The notes below the pieces were generated by a model that had not been told where the DNA came from, did no database searches, and saw nothing but the letters and a program-made list of their open reading frames with translations. 64,000 bases of DNA from Squalus acanthias (Eukaryota), in contig CM059432.1 of the NCBI GenBank assembly GCA_030390025.1, positions 33,482,001 to 33,546,000 of the forward strand, given 5' to 3'. Shown here piece after piece: positions 11,779 through 24,749 of this stretch (position 1 is its first letter; the number at the start of each line of letters is the position of its first letter). Made by a program: the position numbers and the translations under genes.

Positions 11779-13721
11779 GGCCTCGATTTTGTCAATGGGG
11801 ACGTGATGGAGGCGGGACTTCCACTTTTTGGGTTGTAGTCCCGCCTCCATCGATTTGTGGCCAACCCACGCTACATGCCCTTGATTGACCTTGTGAAGCC
11901 CGCCCAGCGGGCTCAGCAGGCCAATTAAGGGACACCTGGATACTGGTGACATCAGCGATTGACATTTCATCTGTTAAGAGCTTTTGACAGATGAAATATC
12001 AGCGTTTGACAGCTCTGTGAAGCTGTCTAACACTGACAATCTGTTTTCTAACTTGAGTCCTTCTACTCAGACTCAGTTAGAGAGCTTTCCAGACCAAAAA
12101 GCAGAGGCTGCAGCTTTTGACAGTTCAGCGGCCATTCTGCTTTCTGTGCCGGTGAGCTGAGGGACTCCCGAGAACTGAAGGGAGGAAGCCTGGAGGAGAA
12201 AGTAAAGGTAAGTAAAACTTATTAAAACACTTTACACACACCAAACACACTTACCTCTGCACTCATGGACCCATCACTCACCTGTACACTGGACATCTCG
12301 ACCCCTCCAAGCCCTGCAGACCGACGGTCCGCCTCGCTAACTTGGCGTGGTTTAGAAACATAGAAACATAGAAGATAGGAGCAGGAGTAGTCCATTCGGC
12401 CCCTCGAGCCTGCTCCGCCATTCAATGCGATCATGGCTGATCATCCAAATTCAGAACCCTGTCCCTGCTTTCTCCCCATATCCCTTGATCCCTTTAGCCT
12501 TAAGAAATATATCCAACTCCTTCTTGAATATATTTAATGAATTGGCCTCTACTTCCTTCTGTGGTAGAGAATTCCATAGGTTCACCACTCTCTGGGTGAG
12601 GAAATTCCTCCTCATTTCTGTTCTAAATGGCTTACCCCTTATCCTTAGACTGTGACCCCTGGTTCTGGACTCCCGACCATCGGGAACATCCTTCCTGCAT
12701 CTAGTCTGTCCAGTCCTGTCAGAATTTTATAAGTTTCAATGAGATCCCCTCTCATTCTTCTAAACTCCAGCGAGTATAAGCCCAATCGACGCAATCTCTC
12801 CTCATACGTCATTCCTGCCATCCCAGGTATCAGTCTGGTGAATCTTCGCTGAACTCCTTCCATGGCAAGAACCTCCTTCCTCAGATAAGGCGACCAAAAC
12901 TGCACACAATACTCAAGGTGTGGTCTCACCAAGGCCCTGTACAACTGCAGCAAGACATCCTTGTTCCTGTACTCAAACCCTCTCGCTACGAAGGCCAACA
13001 TACCATTTGCCTTCTTAACCGCCTGCTGCACCTGCATGCTTACCTTCAGCGACTGGTGCACAAGGACACCCAGGTCTCGTTGCACTTCCCCTTCTCCCAA
13101 TCTATTGCCATTCAGATAATAATCTGCCTTCCTGTTTTTGACACCAAAGTGGATAACCTCGCATTTATCCACGTTATATTGTATCTGCCATGCTTCTGCC
13201 CAATCACCCAACCTGTCCAAATCATCCTGGAGTTTCTCGGCATCCTCCTCACAGCACACACGCCCACCCAGCTTTGTGTCGTCTGCAAACTTGGAGATAT
13301 TACATCTAGTTCCCTTGTCTAGATCATTAATATATATTGTGAATAGCTGGGGTCCAAGGACCGATCCCTGCGGTACCCCACTAGTCACTGCCTGCCACTC
13401 GGAAAAAGACCCGTTTATTCCAACTCTTTGCTTTCTGTCTGCCAAGCAGTTTGGAGCCGTCGGGCAGCCCACACTTCAGGGCTAAAAATAGGGATTAGCC
13501 AAAAAACTGCCTGTTAAATACCTGTTAACAGGCAGTTAATTGGCACTAATCCCCTTCCCGCCTCGGGGAGGCGGCTCCCAGCACAGGTTGGGTACCCGCC
13601 TCCTGGGACATTGGCATGGAGGCGGGTTGGGGGCAGGATGGGTACGTGCCCCCCGAATCTGCAATTTTCCCACCACTCCCGCCTCCAAACCCGCCTCCAC
13701 GGGGCTTGGAAAATCGAGCCC
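11779..13721 (-). mobile_element. PIF/Harbinger-type MITE in CR1 copy A, itself split by a CR1
   Basis: TIR GGCCTCGATTTT/AAAATCGAGCCC; TSD TAT (11776-11778, 13722-13724); homologous to 57574-58418. Confidence 0.9.
12353..13445 (-). mobile_element. 5'-truncated young CR1, same subfamily as 796-1596
   Basis: ORF 12645-13472 RT C-terminus; (TAGAAACA)n tail; highly similar to 796-1596. Confidence 0.92.
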
Positions 13722-14132
13722 TATACCTCTATTCATGAAGCCCAGGATCCTGTAAGCTTTATTAACTGCTTTCTCAACCTGCCCTGCCACCTTCAACGAT
13801 TTGTGCACATATACCCCCAGGTCTCTCTGTTCATGCATTCCCTTTAGGATTGTACCCTTTAGTTTATATGTCCTCTTCTCATTCTTTCTACCAAAATGTA
13901 TCACTTCACACTTTTCTGCGTTAAATTTCATCTGCCATGTGTCCGCCCATTCCACCAGCTTGTCTATGCCCTCTTGAAGTCTATCACTATCCTCCTCACT
14001 GTTTGCTATACTTCCAAGTTTTGTGTCATCTGCAAATTTTGACATTGTGCCCTGTACACCCACATCCAAGTCATTAATATATATCAAGAAAAGCAGTGGA
14101 CCTAGAACCGACCCCTGGGGAACACCACTGTA

Positions 14133-16193
14133 TTTTTTTTATTCGTTCATGGAATGTGGGTGATGATGAAGGAACGGCGATATACTTCCAAGTCAGGATG
14201 GTGTGTGACTTGGAGGGGAACTTGGAGGTGGTGGTGTTCCCATGCGCCTGCTTCCCTTGTCCTTCTAGGTGGTAGAGGTCGCGGGTTTGGGAGGTGCTGC
14301 CGAAGAAGCCTTGGCGAGTTGCTGCAGTGCATCTTGTAGATGGTACACACTGCAGCCACGGTACGCCGGTGGTGGAGGGTGTGAATGTTTAGGGTGGTGG
14401 ATGGGGTGCCAATCAAGCTGGCTGCTTTGTCCTGTATGGTGTCGAGCTTCTTGAGTGTTGTTGGAGCTGCACTCATCCAGGCAAGTGGAGAGTATTCCAT
14501 CACACTCTTGACTTGTGCCTTGTAGATGGTGGAAAGGCTTTGGGGAGTCAGGAGGTGAGACACTCGTCACAGAATACCCAGCCTCTGACCTCCTCTTGTT
14601 GCCGCAGTATTTATGTGGCTGGTCCAGTTAAGTTTCTGGTCAATGGTGACCCCCAGGATATTGATGGCGGGGGAATTCAGCGATGGTAATACCGTTGAAT
14701 GTCAAGGGGCGGTGGTTAGATGCTCGTTTGTTGGAGATAGTCATTGCCTGGCACTTCTGTGGCATGAATGTTACCTGCCACTTACCAGCCCAAGCCTGAA
14801 TGTCGTCCAGGTCTTGCTGCATGTGGGCATGGACTGCTTCATTATCTGTGGAGTTGTGAATGGCACTGAACACTGTGCAGTCATCAGTGAATATCCCCAC
14901 TTCTGACCTTATGATGGAGGGAATGTCATTGATGAAGCAGCTGAAGATGGTTGGGCCTAGGAGACTGCCCTGAGGAACACCTGCAGCGATGTCCTGGGGC
15001 TGTGATGATTGACCTCCAACCACCACAACCAACTTCCTTTGTGCTAGGTATGACTCCAGCCAGTGGAGAGCTTTCCCCCCGATTCCATTGACTTCAGTTT
15101 TACTAGGGCTCCTTGATGCCACACATGGTCAAATGCTGCCTTGTTGTCAAGGGCAGTCACTCTCACCTCACCTGTGGAATTCAGCTCTTTTGTCCATGTT
15201 TGGACCAAGGCTGTAATGAGGTCTGGAGCCGAGTGGTCCTGGCGGAACTCAAATTGGGCATCAGGGAGCAGGTTATTGGTGAGTAAGTGCTGCTTGATAG
15301 CACTGTCGACGACACCTTCCATCACTTAGCTGATGATTGAGAGTAGACAGCTCAAAACTGGGTAATTGGCTGGATTGGATTTATCCTGCTTTTTGTGGAC
15401 AGGACATACCTGGGAGGTTTTCCACATTGTCGGGTAGATGCCAGTGTTATAGCCGTATTGGAACAGCTTGGCTAGAGGCGCGACTAGTTCTGGAGCACAA
15501 GTCTTCAACACGACAGCCGGGATGTTGTCAGTACCCATAGCCTTTGCTGTATCCATTGCGCTCAGCTGTTTCTTGATATCACGTGGAGTGAATCGAATTG
15601 GCTGAAGACTGGCTTCTGTGGTGGTGGGGACCTCAGGAGGAGGCCGATATGGATCATCCACTCGATACTTCTTTTGCACTCACCTGCTGGGCTCCACCAT
15701 CATTGAGGATGGGGATATTCATGGTGCCTCCTCCTCTCGTTAGTTGTTTAATGGTCCACCACCATTCACGACTGGATGTGGCAGGACTGCAGTGCTTTTA
15801 TCTGATCCATTGATTGTGGGTTCGCTTAGCTCTGTCTTAGCATGCTGCTTCCGCTTTTTAGCATGCCTGTAGTCCTGTGTTGCAGCTTCCCCAGGTTGGC
15901 ACCTCATTTTTAGGTACTGCTGCTTGTGGCATGCTCTTCTACACTCCTTATTGAACCAGGGTTGGTCCCCTGGCTTGATGGTAATGGTAGAGTGAGGGAT
16001 ATGCCGGGCCATGTGGTTACAGATTGTGGTGGAATACAATTCTGCTGCTGCTGATGGCTCACAGCGCCTCATGGATGCCCAGTTTTGAGCTGCTAGGTCT
16101 GTTCTGCATCTATCCCATTTAGCACGGTGGTCATGCCACACAACACGATGGAGGGTGTTCTCAGTGTGAAGACGGGACTTCGTCTCCACAGTG
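14133..16193 (-). mobile_element. Second, distinct CR1-group LINE (RT fragment) nested in copy A
   Basis: KSNPANYP, ALDNKAAFD, GVPQGSLLGP, FTDD, KAQVKSVMEYSP motifs; A-rich tail; TSD ACTGTA at 14127-14132 and 16194-16199; 3'UTR largely deleted. Confidence 0.88.
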
Positions 16194-17684
16194 ACTGTAC
16201 CCTCCTCCAGTCCGAAAAACAACCATTCACCACTACTCTCTGTTTCCTGTCACTTAGCCAATTTCATATAAATGCTGCCACTCTCCCTTTTATTCCATGG
16301 CCCTCAACTTTGCTGGCAAGCCTATTATGTGGCACTTTGTCGAACGCCTTTTGGAAATCCATGTACACCATGTCAACCGCATTGCCCTCATTAACCCTCT
16401 CTGTTACCTCATCAAAAAACTCGATCAAGTTGGTTAAACACGATTTGCCTTTAACAAATCCATGCTGACTTTCCTTAATTAATCCACACTTGTCCAAGTG
16501 ACTGTTAATTTTGTCCCTGATTATTGTTTCTAAAAGCTTCCCCACTACCGAGGTTAAACTGACTGGCCTATAGTTGCTGAGTTTATCTTTATACCCTTTT
16601 TTGAACAAGGGTGTCACATTTGCAATTCTCCAGTTCTCTGGCACCACCCCTGTTTCTAAGGAGGATTGGAAGATTATGGCCAGTACCTCCGCGATTTCTT
16701 CCTTCACTTCCCTCAGCATCCTAGGATGCATCCCACCCAGTCCTGGTGACTTATCTACTTTAAGTACAGCCAGCCTTTCTAATACCTCGTCTTTATCAAT
16801 TTTTATCCCATCCAGTATCTCCTCTACCTCCTCCTTCATTATGTCTATGGCAGCATCTTCCTTGGTGAAGACAGATGCAAAGTACTCATTTAGTACCTCA
16901 GCCATACCCTCTGCCTCCATGCGTAGGTCTCCTTTTTGGTCCCTAATCGGCCCCAACCCTCCTCTTGCTACCCGTTTACTATTTATATGCCTATAGAAGA
17001 CTTTTGGATTACCTTTATGTTAGCTGCCATTCTATTCTCATACCCTCTTTTTGCCCTTCTTATTTTCTTTTTCACTTCTCGTCTGAACTTGCTATATTTA
17101 GCCAGATTCTCAGATGTATTCTCGACCTGACATTTGTCATACCCGCTCTTTTTCTGCTTCATCTTACTCTCAATCTCTTTCGTCATCCAGGGAGCTCTGA
17201 CTTTAGTTGCTCTACCTTTCCCCCTAGTTGGAATGTGCCTTGACTGTACCTGAACTATTTCCTTTTAAGGCAGCCCATTGTTCCACTACGGTTTTGACTG
17301 CCAATCTTTAATTCCAGTTTACCCGGGCCAGATCTGTTCTCATCCCACTGAACTTGGCCTTCCTCCAATTAAATATTTTTACTCTAGCTTGCTCCCTGTC
17401 CTTTTCCATAGCTAATCTAATCCTTATGATACTATGATCATTGTTTCCTAACTGTTCACCTACTGACACTTGCTCCATTTGACCTACCTCATTTCCCAGA
17501 ACTAGATACAGCAATGCCTCCTTCCTCATTGGGGCAGAAACATACTGATCAAGAAAATTCTCCTGAACACTCTTCAGAAATTTTTCCTCCTTTCTGTATT
17601 TACACTATTACTAGCCCAGTCTATATTAGGATAGCTGAAGTCCCCCATTATCACTGCTCTATAGTTCTTGCAGCTCTCTGTAAT

Positions 17685-18129
17685 GAGGCCTGAAGCCTCT
17701 GCTTTAACCTGCTGTGCAGGTTTTACTGCAGCCCACCGGGGATCCCGGGCCTCAGGATTCTGGTTGCTACAGTGAGGTGGACACAGCCTCGGAGCGCAAT
17801 CCTTGTGGCCCGGGAGGAGCAGGAGTGCTTCCCGGGATCAGGAATTGGAGCCCCCCACAGGGATCGGACCCCTGCTCCCATCCCCCCCCCCACCGGGCTT
17901 GGAACCACCCCCTCCCCCCTTGGACCCAGCATCTACCTGTTGCTGCAGCGTCCTGTCCAGCCAGCGTTTCCCGCCCGACTGGAAGCCAGCCTGTCAATCA
18001 GGAACCCACCCATTACGTCACACGCACGCTGTGCTCCACAGAGTGCCGGGAAACTTGGGCTTCCGGGTTTACCGTGGTCTACCGGCCGCCCCCCACTCCG
18101 GATGGGTTGGAAACAGGAAAATCCAGGCA
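17685..18129. mobile_element. GC-rich Harbinger-type MITE, right part (left part probably 10950-11017)
   Basis: Ends AAAATCCAGGC; carries the GGAGGAGCAGGAGTGCTTCC motif; TTTTAAATATGATAA|TGAGGCC joins across CR1 copy A. Confidence 0.6.
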
Positions 18130-18332
18130 ATAGACGGAGTTTGCACCGATGTTACAGTGGCGGAGAAGTCCACAGGAAATTCACCCCCATAGTTCAGTAG
18201 CACAAAGATACTAATAATTCAACGCAACTTTAATCTAAGTTACCAATCTCAATTAGACAGGACAGCTGATGGGGGACACATGTGCAGTAGGGGGTCACTC
18301 TTTTAATACATGAATTAAAACGTATTATTGGA

Positions 18333-18437
18333 ATATAGAGGGTCCTTTACTTAGCATCAAGCCCATATAGAGGGACCTTTACTTAGCATCAAGCCCATAT
18401 AGAGGGACTTTTACTTAGCATCAAGCCCATTTAGAGG
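18333..18437 (+). repeat. 32-bp tandem repeat, ~3.3 copies
   Basis: ATATAGAGGGWCYTTTACTTAGCATCAAGCCC at 18333, 18365, 18397. Confidence 0.95.
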
Positions 18438-18454
18438 AAACGCTATTCTTCCCT

Positions 18455-18785
18455 TGCCCCTGCCTATAACCTCCACCAGCCCTATAACCCTCCGAGAACT
18501 CTGCATTCCTCCAACTCTGGCCTCTTGGGCATCCCGCTCCCCTTCACCCCACCATTGGCAGTCATGCCTTCAACCTTCTAGGCCCTAAGCTCTGGAATTC
18601 CTTCCATAAACCTCTCCGCCTTTCCAATTCTCTCCTACTTTAAGGACCTCCTTAAAAAGTACCTCTTTGACCAGCTTTTATTCACCTCCTAATATCTCCT
18701 TCTTTGGCTCGTTGTCAATTTTTATTTGATTACGTTTTGAGAAGTGCCTTGGGACGTTCTTCTATTTTAAAGGTGCTCTATAAAG
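18455..18785 (+). mobile_element. L2 LINE 3' fragment
   Basis: Similar to the 3' end of the L2 at 31060-32365. Confidence 0.75.
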
Positions 18786-18875
18786 GCCTGAAACTCACTC
18801 TTGGGGGAAACTTTTGGGTGGGCTCCCCTCTATCTCTCCCTTCATTCTCTTGTTGATGATTTTAAAATAATGCCC

Positions 18876-19265
18876 TCTTCTTCTTCTTAGGCAGTCACTC
18901 GGAACCAAGGATGACTTGCTTCCACATTAAAAATGAGTTCTCAGGTGACTGATGAGTCCAATGCGGGACTTACATTCTCTGTCACAGGTGGGGCAGACGG
19001 TGGTTGAAGGGGCGGGTGGGTGGGGTGCTTGGGTTGACGTGCGCTGCTTGCGCTTGGCTTCCGCTTGCTCCCGGCGAAGAGACTCGAGGTGTTCGGCACC
19101 TTCCCGGATGCTCCTCCTCCACTTTGTGCGGTCTTGGGCCAGGGATTCCCAGGTGTCAATGGGGATGTTGCACTTTTTCAAGGAGGCTTTGAGGGTGTCC
19201 TTGAAGCAGTTCCTCTGCCCACCTGGGGCTCTCTTGCCGTGTCGGAGCTCCGAGTAGAGCGCTTC
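18876..19265 (-). mobile_element. RTE (BovB-like) LINE 3' fragment
   Basis: LYSELRHGKRAPGGQR..WESLAQDR..CPTCDRECKSRIGLISHLRTH C-terminus; (GAA)n tail. Confidence 0.88.
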
Positions 19266-19411
19266 TACTGTCCAACTCACCAACCAGTTTTTTGATTCAC
19301 CTTATCAAAACCCTTCATAATTTTGAACAACCGAATCAGATCTCCTCTTATCCTTTTCTATTCTAGTGAATTGAGTTCCAGATTCTCTAGTCTCCCCTCA
19401 TAACTAAAATA

Positions 19412-19812
19412 TCTTGCATTTATATAGCGTTTTTCACAACTCCAGGACGTCTTAAAGCTCTTTACCGCCAATGAAGGATTTTTTGAAGTGTTGTCACGTT
19501 GTATTGTAGGGAAACACAGCAGGGTCCCCACAAGGAGCTATGCGATACTGTCCAGTTTTAATGATGTTTATTGAGGGATAAATGTTGAGTAGAATAATGA
19601 AGAGAACTCCCCTGCTCTTCTTCGAATAGTGCATTGGGATCTTTTACGTCCACCTCAAAGGGCAGACTGTTTAACATCTCATCCGAAAAGCGGCAACTCC
19701 AACAGTGCAGCACCCCCTCAGTACTGCACTGAGGTGTCAGCCTGGATGATGTGCTCAAGTCACAGGTCTGACTCAGAGGCAAGAGTGCTGCCACTGAGCC
19801 AAGGCTGAGACC
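19412..19812 (-). mobile_element. DeuSINE family A
   Basis: Reverse complement of the 34775-35190 type. Confidence 0.8.
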
Positions 19813-20052
19813 TTGACTAAAACTCCTTAAACCTGCCATCATCTAAATAAATCTCTTTCCTCTGCTTCTCAAAAGTGCTCCAGCTGAATTACGCTGAACG
19901 TCAGGCCAACATACAAGAGGTGCCAACACATACCCCAGACAGAGATTTATAATCCAGAGCCTTGGAGACCCTAAAAGAGGCTGGTACTAATGCTAAAACT
20001 ATCAAAAACAACAGGATAACAGAAAGAAAGTAGGAACTTAGTACATCCCCCA

Positions 20053-20430
20053 AATTTTTTATTATTCAGTCTTTGGATTTGGGCATCACTGGCAAGGTCT
20101 GCATTTATTGCTTATCCCAGGTTGCCCTAATAGCAGCTTCATACAACTGAGTGGCTTGCTAGGCTACTTCAAAGGGCAGTTAAGAGTCAACCACAATGGT
20201 GTGGGACTAGAGTCACATATAGGCCAGAATGGGTAAGAACAGCAGCTTTCCTTTCATAAAGGACATTAGTGAACCAGTTGGGTTTTTACGATAGTCTGAC
20301 AGCTTCACGGCCACTTTTACTAATACCAGCTTTTTAATTTCTTCAAAGTGATTCAAATTCTCAAAAGGTGTTAGTAGGATTTGAACTCATAGTTTCTTGA
20401 TCAGTAAGATAACCACTACACTATCATACC
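20053..20430 (-). mobile_element. SINE family B
   Basis: Reverse complement of the 7127-7582 type. Confidence 0.75.
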
Positions 20431-21549
20431 CTATTGACTGAGCTACCTTTGGAGTAGGGACTGTTGTGACATTGACAAACACAACAGTCATTCTGCTTCA
20501 GCAACGTCCCACAAACAGCAGTGAGATAAATGAACAGTTAATCCCTGTTGTTTCAGTGGAATTGGTTGAGGCAGCCATGTTGGAGAGAACTACCAGCTTT
20601 TCAAATAATGCACGGACCTATAATGTCTACCAGACACAACCTCAGATTAATACCTCATCCCAAGGATGGCACCTCCAACAATGTGGCACTAACTGGAGTG
20701 TTGGCCTAGAATACACACTCAATGTTGGGCTTGAACCCACAGCCTTCTAATCCAGAGGCATGAGTTCTATTAACTGAGTCATGAAGGAGAAATTGGCCAC
20801 CCTGCTGCCCAAATCAACTATTACCTGAAAGTTACAGGGGTGAGATTCAAGCCATGGTGACCGGAACAAACCACTCCAAGTTCATTAACAGCCATTCATC
20901 AGTCTGATAGCTTCCCTCCTGGCACTGCTTATCCAGGTGCACCTCCTTTTGATGTCGGACATGAAAAGCACACAGACGCCATCTGCTCCAAGGGTCCCAC
21001 GCTGGCGCTCCTCTAGATAGCGGGACCGTGAGAGTGATTAATCGTCTTGAAAGCGTTAGATGTCCCGTGAGGGTTTCCGGGGCTCTGGGACTTCGATGAA
21101 TGTGCTCATTGTTTTGTCCAGGGGGTGATGTGAGAGGGGAGGGGGTGTTTGCAATGACTGACAATATCGTTGGTTGCAAGTGTAAGTCTAGCTTTTTTTT
21201 CTGGTCCCTTTTCTTTTGAGAGGTGCTGTCAAAGTGTCCACTCAGTCTCCCAGGAAACTGCACTTAAAAATGGGTGTATTTAATATCTCATAGTCCAGGA
21301 CCTCATTCAATCAGTCTAAAGTGTCATAAAACAAAAAAACAGGACTTTGCCTTGTGCTGTCTGCAGCCATGGAGCCTTCCCTTGGTCCACCTGCTCTTGT
21401 GATAACATTGTGTAGCTGTGGCTGTAGCATAAAAGCTTCAGAATGTTTCATTTACTTTTCAGCTACTTGGGCAAGACATGGATTTTTTTTTCCTTTTCTT
21501 TACACTTCTCTCTATTATTTTTAATCAAAGGGTCAGTGTCGCCACACTG

Positions 21550-21940
21550 ACTGTGGAGAGAGGGAAGGAAAATGACTGGTGAGAGATGGAAGGGAAATGA
21601 CTGAGGGGAAGAGAGAAGGGTAATGAATGGGGAGCGAGGGAAGGGAAATTACTGGGGGAAGTAGCAAGGGAAATGATGGGAGAGAGAGGGAAGGGAATGA
21701 CGGGAGAGAGAGGGAAGGAAATGACGGGAGAGAGAGGGAAGGAAATGACTGGAGAGAGGGAAGGGAAATGACTGGAGAGAGGGGGAAGGAAATGACTGGA
21801 GAGAGAGGGAAGGGAAATGACTGGGGAGAGGGAAGATAAATGAAGGGGAGAGAGGGAAGATAAATGACGGAGAGAGAGGGAAGATAAATGACGGAGAGAG
21901 AGGGAAGATAAATGACGGGGGAACAAAGGGAGGGAAGGTC
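21550..21940 (+). repeat. Purine-rich ~23-24-bp degenerate minisatellite
   Basis: GGGAAGGAAATGACKGGAGAGAGA / GGGAAGATAAATGACGGAGAGAGA units. Confidence 0.9.
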
Positions 21941-22229
21941 TAAATTCCAAGAAAATATCTGTGGTGATGAAAGCATTCTCGTCTCTGCGCCAGAAGGTTG
22001 TGAGGTCAAGGTCTACTCTAAGACCTGGTGTTACTCTCTATGCACTGGCTGCATGTGAGGCCCCGACAGCAATACAGTCAGTCACAAATACCCCCTATAA
22101 TCTTGGCTGATATTTCAGTACTGTATTGAGTGAGTGCTGCATTCTCAGAGGAGACATCCTTCAGAGATGTCAAACAAAGATACTGTCTGCGTGCTTGAGT
22201 GAACCTAGAAGTGTAATGGGAAGACAATT

Positions 22230-24500
22230 GAATCATAGAATTTAACAGCACAGCAACAGGCTAATTGGCCCATGAAATCTGTGCCAGTGTTTTTCTCCAT
22301 AAGAGCCACCTAGTCTAATTCCACTCTCCTGCTCGCTCCCCATACCCATTAATATCACAACAAATCTATTCCCACTCTCCTGCTTGCTCCCCATACCCAT
22401 TAATATAACAACAAATCTATTCCCACTCTCCTGCTTGCTCCCCATACCCTTTAATATCTCACCTAGTCTATTCCCACTCTCCTGCTTGCTCCCCATACCC
22501 ATTAATATCACAACAAATCTATTCCCACTCTCCTGCTTGCTCCCCATACCCTTTAATATCTCACCTAGTCTATTCCCACTCTCCTGCTCGCACCCCATAC
22601 CTTGTAATATCTCACCTAGTCTATTCCCACTCTCCTGCTCGCACCCCATACCCTTTAATATCTCACCTAGTCTATTCCCACTCTCCTGCTCGCTCCCCAT
22701 ACCCTTTAATATCTCACCTAGTCTATTCCCACTCTCCTGCTCGCTCCCCATACCCTTTAATATCTCACCTAGTCTATTCCCACTCTCCTGCTCGCTCCCC
22801 ATACCCTTTAATATCCCCCCTAGTGGAATACCACTCTGTTGCTCACTTTCCTTATCATTTAATATTCTTTTTTAAGTAACTATTGAAGTTGCTTTCAAAG
22901 GAATTTATAGACTCTGTTTTAACAGTGGTTTATGGCAGAGAATTCCACATTCTAACCACCCTCTGTGTAAAGAGATATATTTCCAGCCTGCCCTTTAATT
23001 CTTTTACTTTGCTTCCTCCTGCCACCATCTCGTTGACCAGTGAACAACTTATCATTATGTACCTGATCGTAACCCTTCATAATCTTGAAGTTCTCCATTA
23101 GATCACTCCTTAACTATTTCACCTTTAGTGAAAAAGGCCCTCATTTTGCAAGACTCTCCTCATAACTGTAAACCCTCATCCCCGGTAACATCCTAGTGAC
23201 TCAATGTTGTTTCCATTACCTTCCTATGCTTTCTATATTGGGATGCACAAAACTACACTGAATTCCCCAACTGCAGCCTAAATAAAGTCTCATACAAGTT
23301 CAACATTACCTCTTTGCTTTTGTATTCTCAGTCTCTGATACAAAACCAAGGATTGTATTTGCCTTATTTATGGCCTATGTACTTGCACTGTCAGCTTTAA
23401 TGACTTGTGTATTTGCACACCAAGGTCCATCTGCTCCTTCATTTTAAGTCTTACTATTTAAGGTTTAATTCTTTTCCTTATTCATATTTCCAAAATGTAT
23501 TACTTCAAATTTTCCTCTGTTGAACTGTGTCTGCCACCTATCTGCCCATCTTGCTCACCTATCTATGTCGTGTCTTCTTTCACAATCCTCATCACAATTT
23601 CAATTACTCCCCAATTTAGTGTCATCAGCAAATTTTAATATTGTTCCCTTCACTTCCTAAGTTCGGATCATTTATGTATGTATTGAATAAGCACAGTCCT
23701 AAAACAGTGCCCCCGTGGAACACTACTTTCCAGTCCTTGAAATTTCCCTTTACCCCCACCCTTTGCTTTTGCCTTCCAAATGACTCTCTCTCCATGTGAT
23801 CACATTCCCTTTAATTCCTTGTACCACTATCTTTGCATTAAGCTTCTTAGGTGGTACCTTATCAAGTACATTTTGAAAATCCAGATAAACTACATTCACT
23901 GCATTTCCTTTATTGATCTTCACTAATATTTCTTCAAAAAATTCTGTAAGGTTCATGAAGCTGAACCTGCCTGACTGACCTTGAATTACTCAAGTTTTCC
24001 CAAATTCTCAGTAATTTTATCTCATCTTAAATACTCTCGTAGTTTATCTACAACTGAAGTAAGGCTAACTGGCCTATTAATTCCTATCTTATCCCTGTCC
24101 CCTTGTTTGTCAAGCATTGCCACATTTTCCACCCTCCAAGACTCTGGCACAATTTTCCTTTCATTGAATTGTGGAAAATTATAGTAGGAGCCTCTTCTCT
24201 AGCTTCCCTCAGAATCCTCAGAAGTAAACCATCAGGTCCTGGTGATTTGTCACCTTAAGCTTGAGTAACTAAGCTTGAGTAACTTCTTTCCTACCATCTC
24301 TCTTTGAACAGCAACCTCTACTAACTGTTCTAGACCCACCTCTGATAGTTCTACAATCTCAACATCCACCCGCTCTGTGAAAACTGAGGAAAAGTATTAA
24401 CTTAGAACATTCCTTCACTCTCCAATACAAGCTTGCCTCCATCTCTTAGTGACCCTATACCTACCTTGCCTATCCTCTTACCGACGTGCCGTTAGAAAGC
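22230..24500 (-). mobile_element. Old, heavily degraded CR1
   Basis: NLTEFFEE..VVYLDFQ motif (23750-23956); FADD region ~23620; 3' tail near 22232. Confidence 0.75.
22309..22826. repeat. 51-bp minisatellite, ~10 copies, derived from the CR1 3' end
   Basis: Unit CCTAGTCTATTCCCACTCTCCTGCTCGCTCCCCATACCCTTTAATATCTCA with a second variant (..CATTAATATCACAACAAATCT..). Confidence 0.95.
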
Positions 24501-24749
24501 TCTTTTACTGCCCGGTTGTAGGGTTGGTATTCAGGAAGGAAGAAATCAACTGAGCCAAATGGCCATCTTCATCCTTACCTACTTCTCCAAATCATCCAGA
24601 AGATCACAATTTAATTTATGGAAAAGTGATAAAAAGAGAAAGACCTCAGCAATGATACCAGGGAGCAAAATTCTCACGGAGCTTCTCCACTCACCATATA
24701 GGATAAGAATAGAATCTTTAGGAACAGGAAAGGCCCAACAAACTTCAGG

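Larger units (their letters stand above)
11022..17680 (-). mobile_element. CR1 LINE copy A (endonuclease end to 3' tail) hosting several nested insertions
   Basis: ORF2 pieces 17308-17529, 16264-16956, 13722-14130, 11500-11778, 11106-11360; (TCATAGAA)n tail at 11022; TAAT at both junctions (11018-11021, 17681-17684). Confidence 0.9.

Noticed and set aside
20895..20912. CATCAGTCTGATAGCT resembles the complement of miR-21
   Set aside because: One base is missing in the seed region and no precursor hairpin is visible; likely chance
20825..21263. Minus-strand ORF and CAG|GTAATA donor
   Set aside because: No long open frame reaches the donor and there is no recognisable protein similarity
22242..22875. 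17-aa repeat proteins
   Set aside because: Product of a 51-bp minisatellite within a dead CR1
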